A stretch of 64,000 bases of DNA from Macrostomum lignano (Eukaryota), in assembly GCA_002269645.1 (NCBI GenBank), contig NIVC01001711.1:148028-212027 (forward strand). The letters are read 5' to 3'. Under the pieces are notes generated by a model, which was given only the letters and a program-made list of their open reading frames with translations, did no database searches and had not been told where the DNA came from. Below, piece by piece: positions 1-10,869 of the stretch. The translations under genes were made by a program, and so were the position numbers. Numbering within the stretch: the stretch's first letter is position 1; each line of letters begins with the position of its first letter.

Positions 1-900
1 AGCCAGGGTCAGCGGGAGGGAAGCCAGGGTCAGGGGAGAGAAGCTAGCGTCAGGGGGAGGGAAGCGAGGGTCAGGGGAGGGAAGCCAGGGTCTGGGGAGG
101 GAAGCCAGGGTCAGGAGAGGGAAGCCAGGGTCTGGGGAGGGAAGCCAGGGTCTGGGGAGGGAAGCCAGCGTCCTGGGGAGGGAAACCAGGGTCAGGGGGA
201 GGGAAGCTAGCGTCAGGGGGAGGGAAGCCAGGGTCTGGGAAGGGAAGCCAGGGTCTGGGGAGGGAAGCCAGGGTCTGGGGAGGGAAGCCAAGGTCCGGGG
301 AGGGAAGCCAGGGTCAGGGGAGGGAAGCCACGGTCTAGGGAGGGAAGCCAGGATCAGGGGAGGGAAGCCAAGGTCTGGGGAGGGAAGCCAGGGTCAGGGG
401 GAGGGAAGCCAGGGTCAGGGGAGGGAAGCCAGGGTCTGGGGAGGGAAGCCAGGGTCAGGGGAGGGAAGCCAGGGTCAGGGGAGGGAAGCCAGGGTCAGGG
501 GAGGGAAGCCAGGGTCAGGGGGAGAGAAGCTAGCGTCAGGGGGAGGGAAGCCAGGGTCAGGGGGAGAGAAGCTAGCATCAGGGGGAGGGAAGCCAGGGTC
601 AGGGGAGGGAAGCCAGGGTCAGGGGAGGGAAGCCAGGGTCAGGGGGAGAGAAGCCAGGGTCAGGGGAGGGAAGCCAGCGTCAGGGGGAGGGAAGCCAGGG
701 TCAGGGGGAGGGAAGCCAGGGTCAGGGGGAGGGAAGCCAGGGTCAGGGGGAGGGAAGCCAGGGTCAGGGGAGGGAAGCCAGGGTCAGGGGGAGAGAAGCC
801 AGGGTCAGGGGGAGGGAAGCCAGGGTCTGGGGAGGGAAGCCAGGGTCAGGGGAGGGAAGCCAGGGTCAGGGGAGAGAGAAGCTAGGGTTAGAGGGCGGAA
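1..900. repeat. G-rich minisatellite, ~21-22-bp unit (GGGGAGGGAAGCCAGGGTCA-like)
   Basis: Dozens of tandem copies are directly visible; the array runs off the window start. Confidence 0.95.
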
Positions 901-1810
901 ATCCAAGGTTAGGGGAGAGGGGAACTAAGAAAAAGAAAATAAGTCAAGGATTAAGTATTTTATAAAATACTGTAGGCTTAGTTTTATAGTTTGTTATTTA
1001 GTCTAGGCCTAATGGTATACATAAAGTAGATAGATAGAAAAAACAAAAATTTTAAGGCTCTTTTCTAGTAAGTTAGCTAAATCTATTCATTAAGACCAAG
1101 TCAATTAGCTAGGCTTAGTGCTCAATCAATAGGCTTTCCTACATACATAGGGCTATTGCTAAATAATAGAATTTAATTGAATTGAAGCCTTTTTATAATT
1201 GAATAAAAGCAGCTTATAAGTTACTTCTCATAATATTAGACCTACAATCTACATTTATATTTCAAATGCCTGTATTATTAATTAACTGAAACGTGACAGG
1301 CTTTAAACTATAGAACAAAATTACTTAAGCAATCACATAATAATGCACAAGAAATTTAAGAAAAGCTCCTTTCATTTATCTTGTACACGAAGCCTTCACT
1401 TGTTTAGTCTAGTGCATAGGCCAGCACAGCAATTCACAGTAGCACAATAAATATGCCTTAGAAGCTTTTGTTGAACGTTGAACACAGGAACCCTTATTCC
1501 TGTAAATTTTGTTTTCAAATTACATGCAAGCGAATTAATATTAACAAACGTCGATTTTTCTACTGCAAATTGTTATTAAACACCCGTAAAAGCTTTCAAT
1601 TGATACACTCCCATTTGATTGTATGGGAGCGCGCTTTCGGCCCGTCTAGCCGGGAGAAGCGAGAGCTCGAGAGCGCGCTTTCCTGCCGGTTAGCCCGATG
1701 ATTTTGTAAGCTTTTGGCCCGGCTAGCCGGTTGTCGTCGGGTGCCGGCGATGAGACTCATTTTGATCCGTTGCGCAGCTGAATCAAAATTCTCGCCCTTG
1801 AGCTAATATC

Positions 1811-2980
1811 GCAGAAATTGCACAGAAATGTAGATTTCTTTTGTTACTTTTGATTTTCACTTCAACTCCAAATTATTTTTCAGTTTTGAGTGAAGCCCAG
1901 ATTTTTAAACTTTTGGTTTCATACTGTAAATGCACTAAAATGTATGCATTTAAACGTCTATTTCAAACTAGAGGTCAATAACTCCGAGTTGGATGCACAA
2001 ATCTTGCAGAAATTGCACAGAAATGTAGATTTCTTTTGTTATTTTTGATTTTCACTTCAACTCCAAATTAGTTTTCAGTTTTGAGTTCATTCCAGATTTT
2101 CAAACTTTTGGTTTCATACTGTAAATGCACTAAAATGTATGCATTTAAACGTCTATTTCAAACTAGAGGTCAATAACTCCGAGCTGGATGCATGAATCTT
2201 GCAGAAATTGCACAGAAATGTAGATTTCTTTTGTTATTTTTGATTTTCACTTCAACTCCAAATTAGTTTTCAGTTTTGAGTGCAGCCCAGATTTTTAAAC
2301 TTTTGGTTTCATACTGTAAATGCACTAAAATGTATGCATTTAAACGTCTATTTCAAACTAGAGGTCAATAACTCCGAGCTGGATGCATGAATCTTGCAGA
2401 AATTGCACAGAAATGTAGATTTCTTTTGTTATTTTTGATTTTCACTTCAACTCCAAATTAGTTTTCAGTTTTGAGTTCATTCCAGATTTTCAAACTTTTG
2501 GTTTCATACTGTAAATGCACTAAAATGTATGCATTTAAACGTCTATTTCAAACTAGAGGTCAATAACTCCGAGCTGGATGCATGAATCTTGCAGAAATTG
2601 CACAGAAATGTAGATTTCTTTTGTTATTTTTGATTTTCACTTCAACTCCAAATTAGTTTTCAGTTTTGAGTGCAGCCCAGATTTTTAAACTTTTGGTTTC
2701 ATACTGTAAATGCACTAAAATGTATGCATTTAAACGTCTATTTCAAACTAGAGGTCAATAACTCCGAGCTGGATGCATGAATCTTGCAGAAATTGCACAG
2801 AAATGTAGATTTCTTTTGTTATTTTTGATTTTCACTTCAACTCCAAATTAGTTTTCAGTTTTGAGTGAAGACCAGGTCTTCAAACATTTTAATAGAGTCT
2901 GTAAATGTACGGAAATTGTTGAATTTATATCGTCTATTTTAAACTGAAGATCAATAGCGACAAGATGAATAAAAGTCACA
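1811..2980. repeat. 195-bp tandem satellite, 6 copies
   Basis: GCAGAAATTGCACAG recurs at 1811, 2006, 2201, 2396, 2591 and 2786 (period 195); the last copy is diverged. Confidence 0.95.
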
Positions 2981-3133
2981 AAAGTGTAGAAAACAGTTGT
3001 TATTTTTTTTTTTATCATCTGATTATCCCAGTTTTAGACATACGGTTAGCTTCTTAAGGATTTGAAAATTTGTTTATCTTTTCACGAATTTGAAGTTGGA
3101 GTTGGAGTTGGAGTTCGAATGCACCCGTGTCAC

Positions 3134-3708
3134 TTAAGCGTCAATGTTTTTGAGATTATGCAAGCGTTCAAGACGACTGATTCTTCTCAACGATTTCTGC
3201 CATTCGGTAAAAATTAAATCTAAAAAGACTTTAATTGCATCAATTCTTTCTTTGATTCGATCATGCAACGCTGTTGACTGAGTCATGAACTCTTCTAAAT
3301 TACTCACTTTAACTGTGTTTGTGAAAACTCCTTCTTCAAGAATACGCATCCGTCTATCAGTGGAATTTCTCAGAAGATTAATTGTCGATGTTAAATTTGT
3401 TCTTAAGCCGTTGATTTGCGAGACTACCGAAGTTGTTTCTGACCTAAAGTTCATTAGTTGCGTGTACAACCTGTACATAAAGCTTATCACTTTCAAACTT
3501 TTGCCTGGCCACTTTTATGCGGAGATCTTCTATGTTTATCTGTAGCTGGTGCATGGAGCGCTCTAATTGTTTCAGTCTGTTTTTATTCAGTTTGATCTCT
3601 GGGATCTCTTCATCGCTGTTGATATATCGCCTGTCTAGGATGGATATCTGAGCTAGCTGATGTAAGAGCGTTGTTGCCAGAAATGGATTCACCTGCAAAA
3701 ATAGACAT
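3134..3708 (-). pseudogene. Frameshifted coiled-coil/fibre-like gene of viral element 2 (left arm)
   Basis: ATG at 3708 (MSIFAGESISGNN...). Coding-like sequence continues through ORFs 3444-3782 and 3134-3496 in other frames, with heptad-like leucine periodicity; it lies directly downstream of the ATPase gene. Confidence 0.5.
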
Positions 3709-3724
3709 CTTTTAATAGCAAATT

Positions 3725-4526
3725 TTAAATTACAGTTCTTTTTTCCTTGTTGATTAGGACAAACTGATAGGGTTGGTTCCACTTTTCGCAGCAGAGGTTA
3801 ACAGATTCCTCTTGTGAAATCTTTCTGCTTGAGTTTTTTTGTTGGATTTATAAAATAGGCAAGCGCAATGACCTCACTGTAAAATCTTTTTAGCCTGTCC
3901 TGTGGAATGGTTGAAAACAGGAGAATCAGATTGCAGTTCCCACGAATTGTTTTGTTCGGGAGCTCGAACCAGTTCTGTGCAATGTAAATTACATTACAAT
4001 TGTTATGTCGCCCTCTTGTAAAATAGTTTTCTATCTGCTTCTGTGGGCCAGTCATACAATCATCAAAGACGATCTAATGCTTTCTCCCTTTTTCTAGCTC
4101 ATCTGGTTGGGGTAGAAGTTTAGTCTTTGGATCAGCCTGTGGATCTCCATAGGTGAACACTTTAATGTTCTGCCATTTTTCATTGTCTTTGAGGTGCTTT
4201 GCATATTCAGCAGCTACAATTTCTGGGTTACTGTGAAGGTTTTGTTGGTTATTAAAATATTGAATAATGTCCTCTTTTTTCAGTTTGTTTTGCAATCCAG
4301 AAATCAACATTTTATACTCATCTTGATACAGTGTGGGAGAGTAGATGTGCAGAGTGTCATAGTCGATAAAGCCAGGTCTAAGAAGCATGTTAAAGACTCT
4401 GAATGTTTTACCTGAGCCCGATGAACCAACAACAATGCATCTGAAGTGACTCGGGATTGACTCGTGATGAGAAAACTTAATCTGATTACGCGTCCAGTGA
4501 GGATTGAAGTCGTTTGAAAAGTCCAT
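3725..4526 (-). pseudogene. A32/FtsK-like DNA packaging ATPase of viral element 2, disrupted
   Basis: Walker A (CIVVGSSGSGKT). An in-frame TAG at 4074-4076 precedes Walker B (IVFDDC), followed by YFTRGRHNNCNVIYIAQNWFELP..TIRGNCN. A frameshift near 3815 leads into the C-terminal LCCEKWNQPYQFVLIN; stop at 3725-3727. Confidence 0.85.
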
Positions 4527-4789
4527 TTTTTCTATGATGAAAAAAATTTGTATTGTCCTTTATTGTTCATGCGTATCCATGGTTATTTTGTCGCGGCGAG
4601 GCTAGTTTCTGTAATTTCAAATGGAGAATGTCTGATGCCGTAAGCTGCCGAAATAGGACGCAAAAAGGCCGAATTTGAACGCAAAAGTTGCCCAGTGTCT
4701 ATGGCTCAGTTGTTTGGACTGCACACTAGCGCTCGCGCCGAAATTGAACGCAAAAACGACGAAATTGACTGCAAAAAGGTATAATAAAT

Positions 4790-4945
4790 CATTTAGAAGA
4801 TGTGTCATTTTGGGACTTTGATGTGTCATTTTGGGACTTGGATGTGTCATTTCGGGACTTAGATGTGTCATTTCGGGACTTAAATGTGTCATTTCTGGAC
4901 TTAAATCTGTCATTTCCTGACTTAAATGTGTCATTTCGGGACTTG
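4790..4945. repeat. 21-bp minisatellite (GATGTGTCATTTCGGGACTTA-like), ~7 copies
   Basis: Tandem copies are visible between the viral ORFs; they produce the MTHLSPE and SRNDTSK repeat ORFs. Confidence 0.9.
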
Positions 4946-4969
4946 TCTTGTACCCTCGAAAAGTACCCT

Positions 4970-5899
4970 TTAGTCAAATTTGAAACCAATTCCTTTTTTA
5001 ATGCTAGCTCTCATCTTCTCATAGACTGCAGGGTCCACACTGTCTGGATTTGGGGCCAGCGGAGCCAGCGGGGCCAGCGGCTGAATCTCTTGTTTAGGTG
5101 TTACAGTATCCTTTATCTTTTTGGCTGCTGTGGCTACACTGCCAGCCGCTTCGGCAACGTTCTTGATGTTCTCTTTGTTCTCTCCAATGACCTTACAAAT
5201 CTTGGCCCCCTGAGCGATCAAATCGGCAAGGCCATTCCCAGAGCGTTCTTTTCTTGGATAGTGGCCTGCAGGGAAAAGTCCAGATCCGCGTTTAATGAGA
5301 TTAAGTTCCTCTTTGTCATAGTATTTGTCAATGTCTTTTTCGAAAATAAGAGGCATTTTTACTTGAAATAATTTTTTTTTGTTGAACCGCGAAAGCAGAA
5401 GCTCTCTCGCCCTCTTATCGATGAATTTTCTCTCAAGCATTTTATCCAGGATGTTGACAAATTCTTTTCTATTCTCGTCTTTCATTCCGGTCTTTGCCGC
5501 TCCTAGAAGAACCACTACTCGCTTGTAGATTTCAACTATTCCTTTTCCAGATTTGGGCGGTTGGTCTTGGGGTTGTGGAGTTGGTTGGGTTTGAAGCTGC
5601 TGGGGAGGTGATGTAAAAGACCGCTCACTTTCAGAGATGGAACTGTCATGTGGTGCCTGTCTTTGTTGAGGTGTGAAAACTCTTTGATTGATTCTATTCC
5701 TTCGATCTGGAGAGTGTTGTTCTAAGCGTTGCCAGGCATCTGGGTGATTATTTTTATATTTAGCTACTTGAGTCGGATCTGCATTTTCCAGTTGCCTGAG
5801 TACTTCTGTAAAATGTTGTTGCTGTGGTTGTGGTTGTTGTTGTTGCTGTTGTTGTTGTTGTTGTTGTTGCTGTTGTTGTTGTTGTTCTAGATATTTCAT
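4970..5899 (-). CDS. Poly-Q protein with a core-protein-like C-terminal half (viral element 2)
   Basis: Open ORF of about 310 aa. GKGIV..RVVVLLGAAKTG...EFVNILDKML and GSG/GNG motifs (KRGSGLF, RSGNGLADLIAQG) resemble small structural genes of polinton-like viruses. It may be two genes read as one (second ATG at MPLIFEK). Confidence 0.55.
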   Translation of the reverse strand: MKYLEQQQQQQQQQQQQQQQQQPQPQQQHFTEVLRQLENADPTQVAKYKNNHPDAWQRLEQHSPDRRNRINQRVFTPQQRQAPHDSSISESERSFTSPPQQLQTQPTPQPQDQPPKSGKGIVEIYKRVVVLLGAAKTGMKDENRKEFVNILDKMLERKFIDKRARELLLSRFNKKKLFQVKMPLIFEKDIDKYYDKEELNLIKRGSGLFPAGHYPRKERSGNGLADLIAQGAKICKVIGENKENIKNVAEAAGSVATAAKKIKDTVTPKQEIQPLAPLAPLAPNPDSVDPAVYEKMRASIKKGIGFKFD

Positions 5900-5929
5900 G
5901 ACTTCCCCCTGATCTGGCAAACCAAACCA

Positions 5930-6632
5930 TTGTTTAAAGCTAGTGCTTGTACTTTTTGAATTTAGTCAGGTTGACACCGCCATCGTAAATGTGTTTCAGA
6001 ACTTATGGGACCTTTAGTATTTCTATATCTCTAGCAAGAGAAAAAGTCACTAGATCTCTGTAGTTCTTTAGCTGCTTGTCCGAGATTCTCTCTTGGTTCT
6101 TGGTCATAAAAGTCAGTAAGCGTCTGTGATAGGAATTCTCATAGTTTCTGAGCCTTTGACAACAGAAATATTTTCCTTATTTATGTTGATATAATATTCC
6201 AATGGTTCATTATAAATGTTTTTTTCTCCACATACTTATTCCAAATAGATATTTCCCATCATGTTCTACACGCTCTACTGGTCCAAAAATGTTATCTGTC
6301 ACTTTTAGTTGTGATTGATGTGGTTGTGGTTGTTGTGGTTGCGGCTGTATCTGTGGTTGTGGTTGTTGTGGTTGCGGTTGTATCTGTGGTGCTTCTGGAA
6401 TTTTGCCCAAAACCTTTTGCACCTGGGTTTGCTGCTGTATGTCGTCGATAGTTTCTTTGACCTGATCAATATTTTTCTTAGCTTCTCCATACCCAGGTTT
6501 ATGAAACTCTGTGGCTGCTTGGACAAACTCATTGTAGGATTGTTGCTCCTTATTTATTAGCCCGGTAACTCGTTTCTATGCTTGTGCTAGCTTCTCCAAT
6601 TCAGATATCTGCTGTGTACTTTTTCGCTTCAT
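5930..6632 (-). pseudogene. Disrupted conserved hypothetical gene of viral element 2
   Basis: ATG at 6632 (MKRKSTQQISELEKLAQA*KRVTGL...EFHKPGYG...) with a nonsense codon, a QP-rich insert, then DNIFGPV..HDGKYLFG and, in another frame, MTKNQERISDKQLKNYRDLV. Confidence 0.5.
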
Positions 6633-6809
6633 TTCTTATTTTATTTTATTTTTAGTTAAAAACTAGCAATCTTCGCCCCCCTATGGGGGACATCTGGATA
6701 GAATCTCTGTTCTGTACACGTATCAAAAAGACAGCCAAATAAAGCCTTCACAAAGACAATAGACAAACTGCTCAAATGAAGAGCAATGCGAAAAGAAAAC
6801 ATCCCAAGA

Positions 6810-7750
6810 CAGCATGCAAGCATCCCCCCCCCCAGATAGCAAGCATCCCCCCCAGATAGCAAGCACCCCCAGATAGCAAGCATCCACCTAATAGCAAGTA
6901 TCGATCCTTATAGCAAGCATCCACCAGACAATAAGTAGCTAGTGCAACAATTTCCTTAGCTTTATAGTGGCTCCTTTATGATTGGCATGACGCTTCTTTT
7001 TACGTTTGAAATGGTGTCTCTTATGTTTGCCATGGTGGCTCATTTGTGCTTGACATGGTGGCTCTTTAATGTTTGCGATGGTGGCTCCTAAATGTTTGAC
7101 ATGGTGGCTTTTTTATGTCCTACACGGTGGCTCTTCTATGTTTGACGTGGTGGCTCTTTAATGTTTGACATGGTGGATCTTTAATGTTAGGCATGGTGGC
7201 TCTTTAATGTTAGGCATGGTGGCTCTTTAATGTTTGAAATGGTGGCTCTTTTATGTTTGACATGGTGGCTCCTAAATATTTGCCATGGTGGCTATTTTAT
7301 GATAGGCATGGAGTCACATATATGTTTCTCAATAGAATCTCTGTTCTCTACAAGCAACAAAAAGACTGCCAAATAGAGCTTTCACAAAGACAACAGAAAA
7401 ACTGCTCAAATGAAGTGCAATGCAAAAAGAAAACATCCCAAGACAGCAAGCATTGCCCCCCCCCAGGGGATAGCATGAAAAGCACCCCCCCCAGATAGCA
7501 AGCACCTCCCAGATAGCAAGCACCTCCAGATAGCCAGAACCCCCAAGATAGCAAGCATCCCCCAGATAGCAAGCACCCCCAGATAGCCAGAACCCCCAAG
7601 ATAGCAAGCATCCCCCAGATAGCAAGCACCCCCAGATAGCAAGCACCCACAGATAGCCAGAACCCCTAAGATAGCAAGCACCCCCAGATAGCAAGCATCC
7701 AATTGATAGCAAGTATCTATCCTTAAATAGCAAACATCCACCAGACAATA
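6810..7750. repeat. ~19-bp CAGATAGCAAGCATCCCCC minisatellite blocks within the Helitron unit (also 10560-10780 and 24760-24970)
   Basis: Tandem copies are directly visible at the same position in each large unit. Confidence 0.9.
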
Positions 7751-7799
7751 AGTATCTAGTGCAACAATTTCCTTAGCTTTATGGTGGCTTCTTTATGAT

Positions 7800-9830
7800 T
7801 GACATGACGCTTCTTTTTACGTTTGTAATTGTCTCTTTTATGCTTGACATGGTGGCTCTTTAATTTTCGACATGGTGGCTCTTTTATGTTCGACATGATG
7901 GCTCTTTAATGTTTGACATGGTGGCTCTTTTATGTTTTACATGGTGGGTCTTTAATGTTCAACAGAATGGCTCTTTAATGTCTGACATGGTGGCTCTTTA
8001 ATGTTTGACATGATGGCTCTTTAATGTCTGACATGGAGTCATATATATGTTAGACATGGTGGCTCTTTAATGTTGGACATGGTGGCTCTTTAATGTTAGA
8101 CATGGTGGCTCTTCAATGTTAGACATGGTGGCTCTTTAATGTTCGACATGATGGCTCTTTAATGTTAGACATGGTGGCTCTTTAATGTTCGACATGGTGG
8201 CTCTTTAATGTTCGACATGGTGGCTCTTTAATGTTCGACATGGTGGCCCTTTAATGTTTTACATGGTGGCTCTTTTATGTTCGACATGGTGGCTTTTTTA
8301 CGTTCGACATGGTGGCTCTTTAATGTTAGACATGGTGGCTCTTTAATGTTCGACATGGTGGCACTTTAATGTCTGAAATGGAGTCATGTATACACTTGAC
8401 ATGGTGACTCGTTAATGTTTGACATGTTGGCTCTTTATTGTTCGACATGGTGGCTCTTTAATGTTTGACATTGTGGCTCTTTAATGTTTGACATGGTGGC
8501 TCTTTTATGTTCAACATGGTGGTTCTTTTATGTTCGACATGGTGGCTCTTTAATATTTGACATGGTGGCTCTTTAATGTTCGACATGGTGGCTCTATAAT
8601 GTTCGACATGGTGGCTCTTTAATGTTCGACGTGGTGGCTCTTTAATGTTAGACATGGTAGCTTTTTAATGTTTGACATGGTGGCTTTTTAATGTTTGACA
8701 TGGTGCCTCTTTAATGTTTGACATGGTGGCTCTTTTATGTTCGACATGGTGGCTCTTTAATATTTGACATGGTGGCTCTTTAATGTTTGACATGGTGGCT
8801 CTTTAATGTTCGACATGGTGGCTCTATAATGTTCGACATGGTGGCTCTTTAATGTTTGACATGGTGGCTTTTTAATGTTTGACATGGTGGCTCTTTAATG
8901 TTCGATATGGTGGCTCTTTAATGTTAGACATGGTGGCTGGTAATTTTTGACATGGTGCCTCTTTAATGTTTGACATGGTGGTCCTTTTATGTTTGACATG
9001 GTGGCTCTTTAATGTTCGACATGAAGTCACATATATGTTGGACATGGTGGCTCTTTAATGTTAGACATGGTGGCTCTTTAATGTTCGACATGGTGGCTCT
9101 TTAATGTTAGACATGGTGGCTCTTTAATGTTAGACATGGTGGCTCTTTAATGTTCGACATGGTGGCTCTTTAATGTTCGACGTGGTGGCTCTTTAATGTT
9201 AGACATGGTAGCTTTTTAATGTTTGACATGGTGGCTTTTTAATGTTTGACATGGTGCCTCTTTAATGTTTGACATGGTGGCTCTTTTATGTTCGACATGG
9301 TGGCTCTTTAATATTTGACATGGTGGCTCTTTAATGTTTGACATGGTGGCTCTTTAATGTTCGACATGGTGGCTCTATAATGTTCGACATGGTGGCTCTT
9401 TAATGTTTGACATGGTGGCTTTTTAATGTTTGACATGGTGGCTCTTTAATGTTCGATATGGTGGCTCTTTAATGTTAGACATGGTGGCTGGTAATTTTTG
9501 ACATGGTGCCTCTTTAATGTTTGACATGGTGGTCCTTTTATGTTTGACATGGTGGCTCTTTAATGTTCGACATGAAGTCACATATATGTTGGACATGGTG
9601 GCTCTTTAATGTTAGACATGGTGGCTCTTTAATGTTAGACATGGTGGCTCTTTAATGTTCGACATGGTGGCTCTTTAATGTTAGACATGGTGGCTCTTTA
9701 ATGTTAGACATGGTGGCTCTTTAATGTTCGACATGGTGGCTCTTTAATGTTAGACATGGTGGCTCTTTAATGTTCGACATAATGGTTCTTTAATGTTTGA
9801 CATGGTGGCTCTTTAATGTTTGAAATTGTG
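7800..9830. repeat. 22-bp satellite GACATGGTGGCTCTTTAATGTT(C/T/A)
   Basis: About 90 tandem copies with recurring variant monomers such as GACATGAAGTCACATATATGTT. Confidence 0.97.
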
Positions 9831-9896
9831 CTTTTTTGTGTTTAGCATTTTGCGTTTTTAAGGTTTTTGAATAAAAAATCTTTTTAAAAAATCTAA

Positions 9897-9958
9897 GATT
9901 CGAACCCAGGTCGCTGCATTAGCAGTCCAGTCTGTTCGCATCTATGCTATCTCTTGTC
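9897..9958 (-). pseudogene. tRNA-Ser(GCT)-like relic / SINE-head-like sequence, copy 1
   Basis: Minus strand reads TAGCATAGATG (A-box-like)...TGGACTGCTAATGCAG (Ser-GCT anticodon arm-like)...GGGTTCGAATC (B box), then a T run. The long Ser variable arm is absent and the acceptor stem is poor. Confidence 0.6.
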
Positions 9959-10869
9959 AATTGGAGAACATGAATTGTGGCCCTTATAATTAAAGTCTTA
10001 TAGCAAATCGGTTAGAGTAAAAAGTTATGACATAATCAATTTCTCAGTCAGCCAGTATCAGTGTCAATTTAAGTTAGCAATATTGTTACGCAAGTTAAAT
10101 CAAGTTTTGTGTGCATTTCTTTGGCCCTGTTTTCAACTGGTTGTGATGTAATCCTTATCACAATTGGAATTCAGTCAGTTAGTTTTTTCTCTAGCATTCT
10201 TACAATGCATTTCAGGTCGAAAGAGCTGCTTGACCTTTGCAAAAAAGCATGTTTTTCGAATATTTAATCCCTTTAATATTGAGCGATTTCTTAGCCAAGA
10301 TGCTTGTACCGTCCCAGGAAAATTTCTGATCGAATGGTGCAAGTTTGAAGAAAATCGGTTGAGCCAATTTTTCTGAAATCAATCGCATACCCATATACAT
10401 ACAGACAACTCATTTTAATAAATAGTACTAGCAATCTTCGCCCCCGTTGGGGGACATCTGGATAGAATCTCTGTTCTCTACAAGTAACAAAAAGACAGCC
10501 AAATAAAGCCTTCACAAAGACAACAGACAAACTGCTCAAATAAAGTGTAATGCAAAAAGAAATCATCCCAAGACAGCAAGCATCCCCCAGATAGCAAGCA
10601 TCCCCCAGATTGCAAGCATCCCCCAGATAGCAAGCATCCCCCAGATAGCAAGCATCCTCCAAATAGCAAGCATCCCCCAGATAGCAAGCATCCCCAGATA
10701 GGAAGCATCTCCCCTCCCGGATAGCAAGCATCCCCCAGATAGCAAGCATCCCCAAATAGTAAGCATCCACCAGACAATAAGTAGCTAATGCAACAATTTC
10801 CTTAGCTCTATAGTGGCTCCTTTAAAATTGGCATGACGCTTAGTTTTACGTTTGAAATTGTGTATCTTT

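Noticed and set aside
4617-4989. MTHLSPE and SRNDTSK repeat ORFs
   Set aside because: Produced by a 21-bp minisatellite open in several frames; there is no evidence for which, if any, is coding.
9897-9958. Functional tRNA-Ser gene
   Set aside because: The acceptor stem is poorly paired and the Ser variable arm is missing; kept only as a tRNA-like relic.
7329-10777. GDACYL/MLAIWG repeat ORFs (also 24605-24968)
   Set aside because: Translations of the 19-bp minisatellite.
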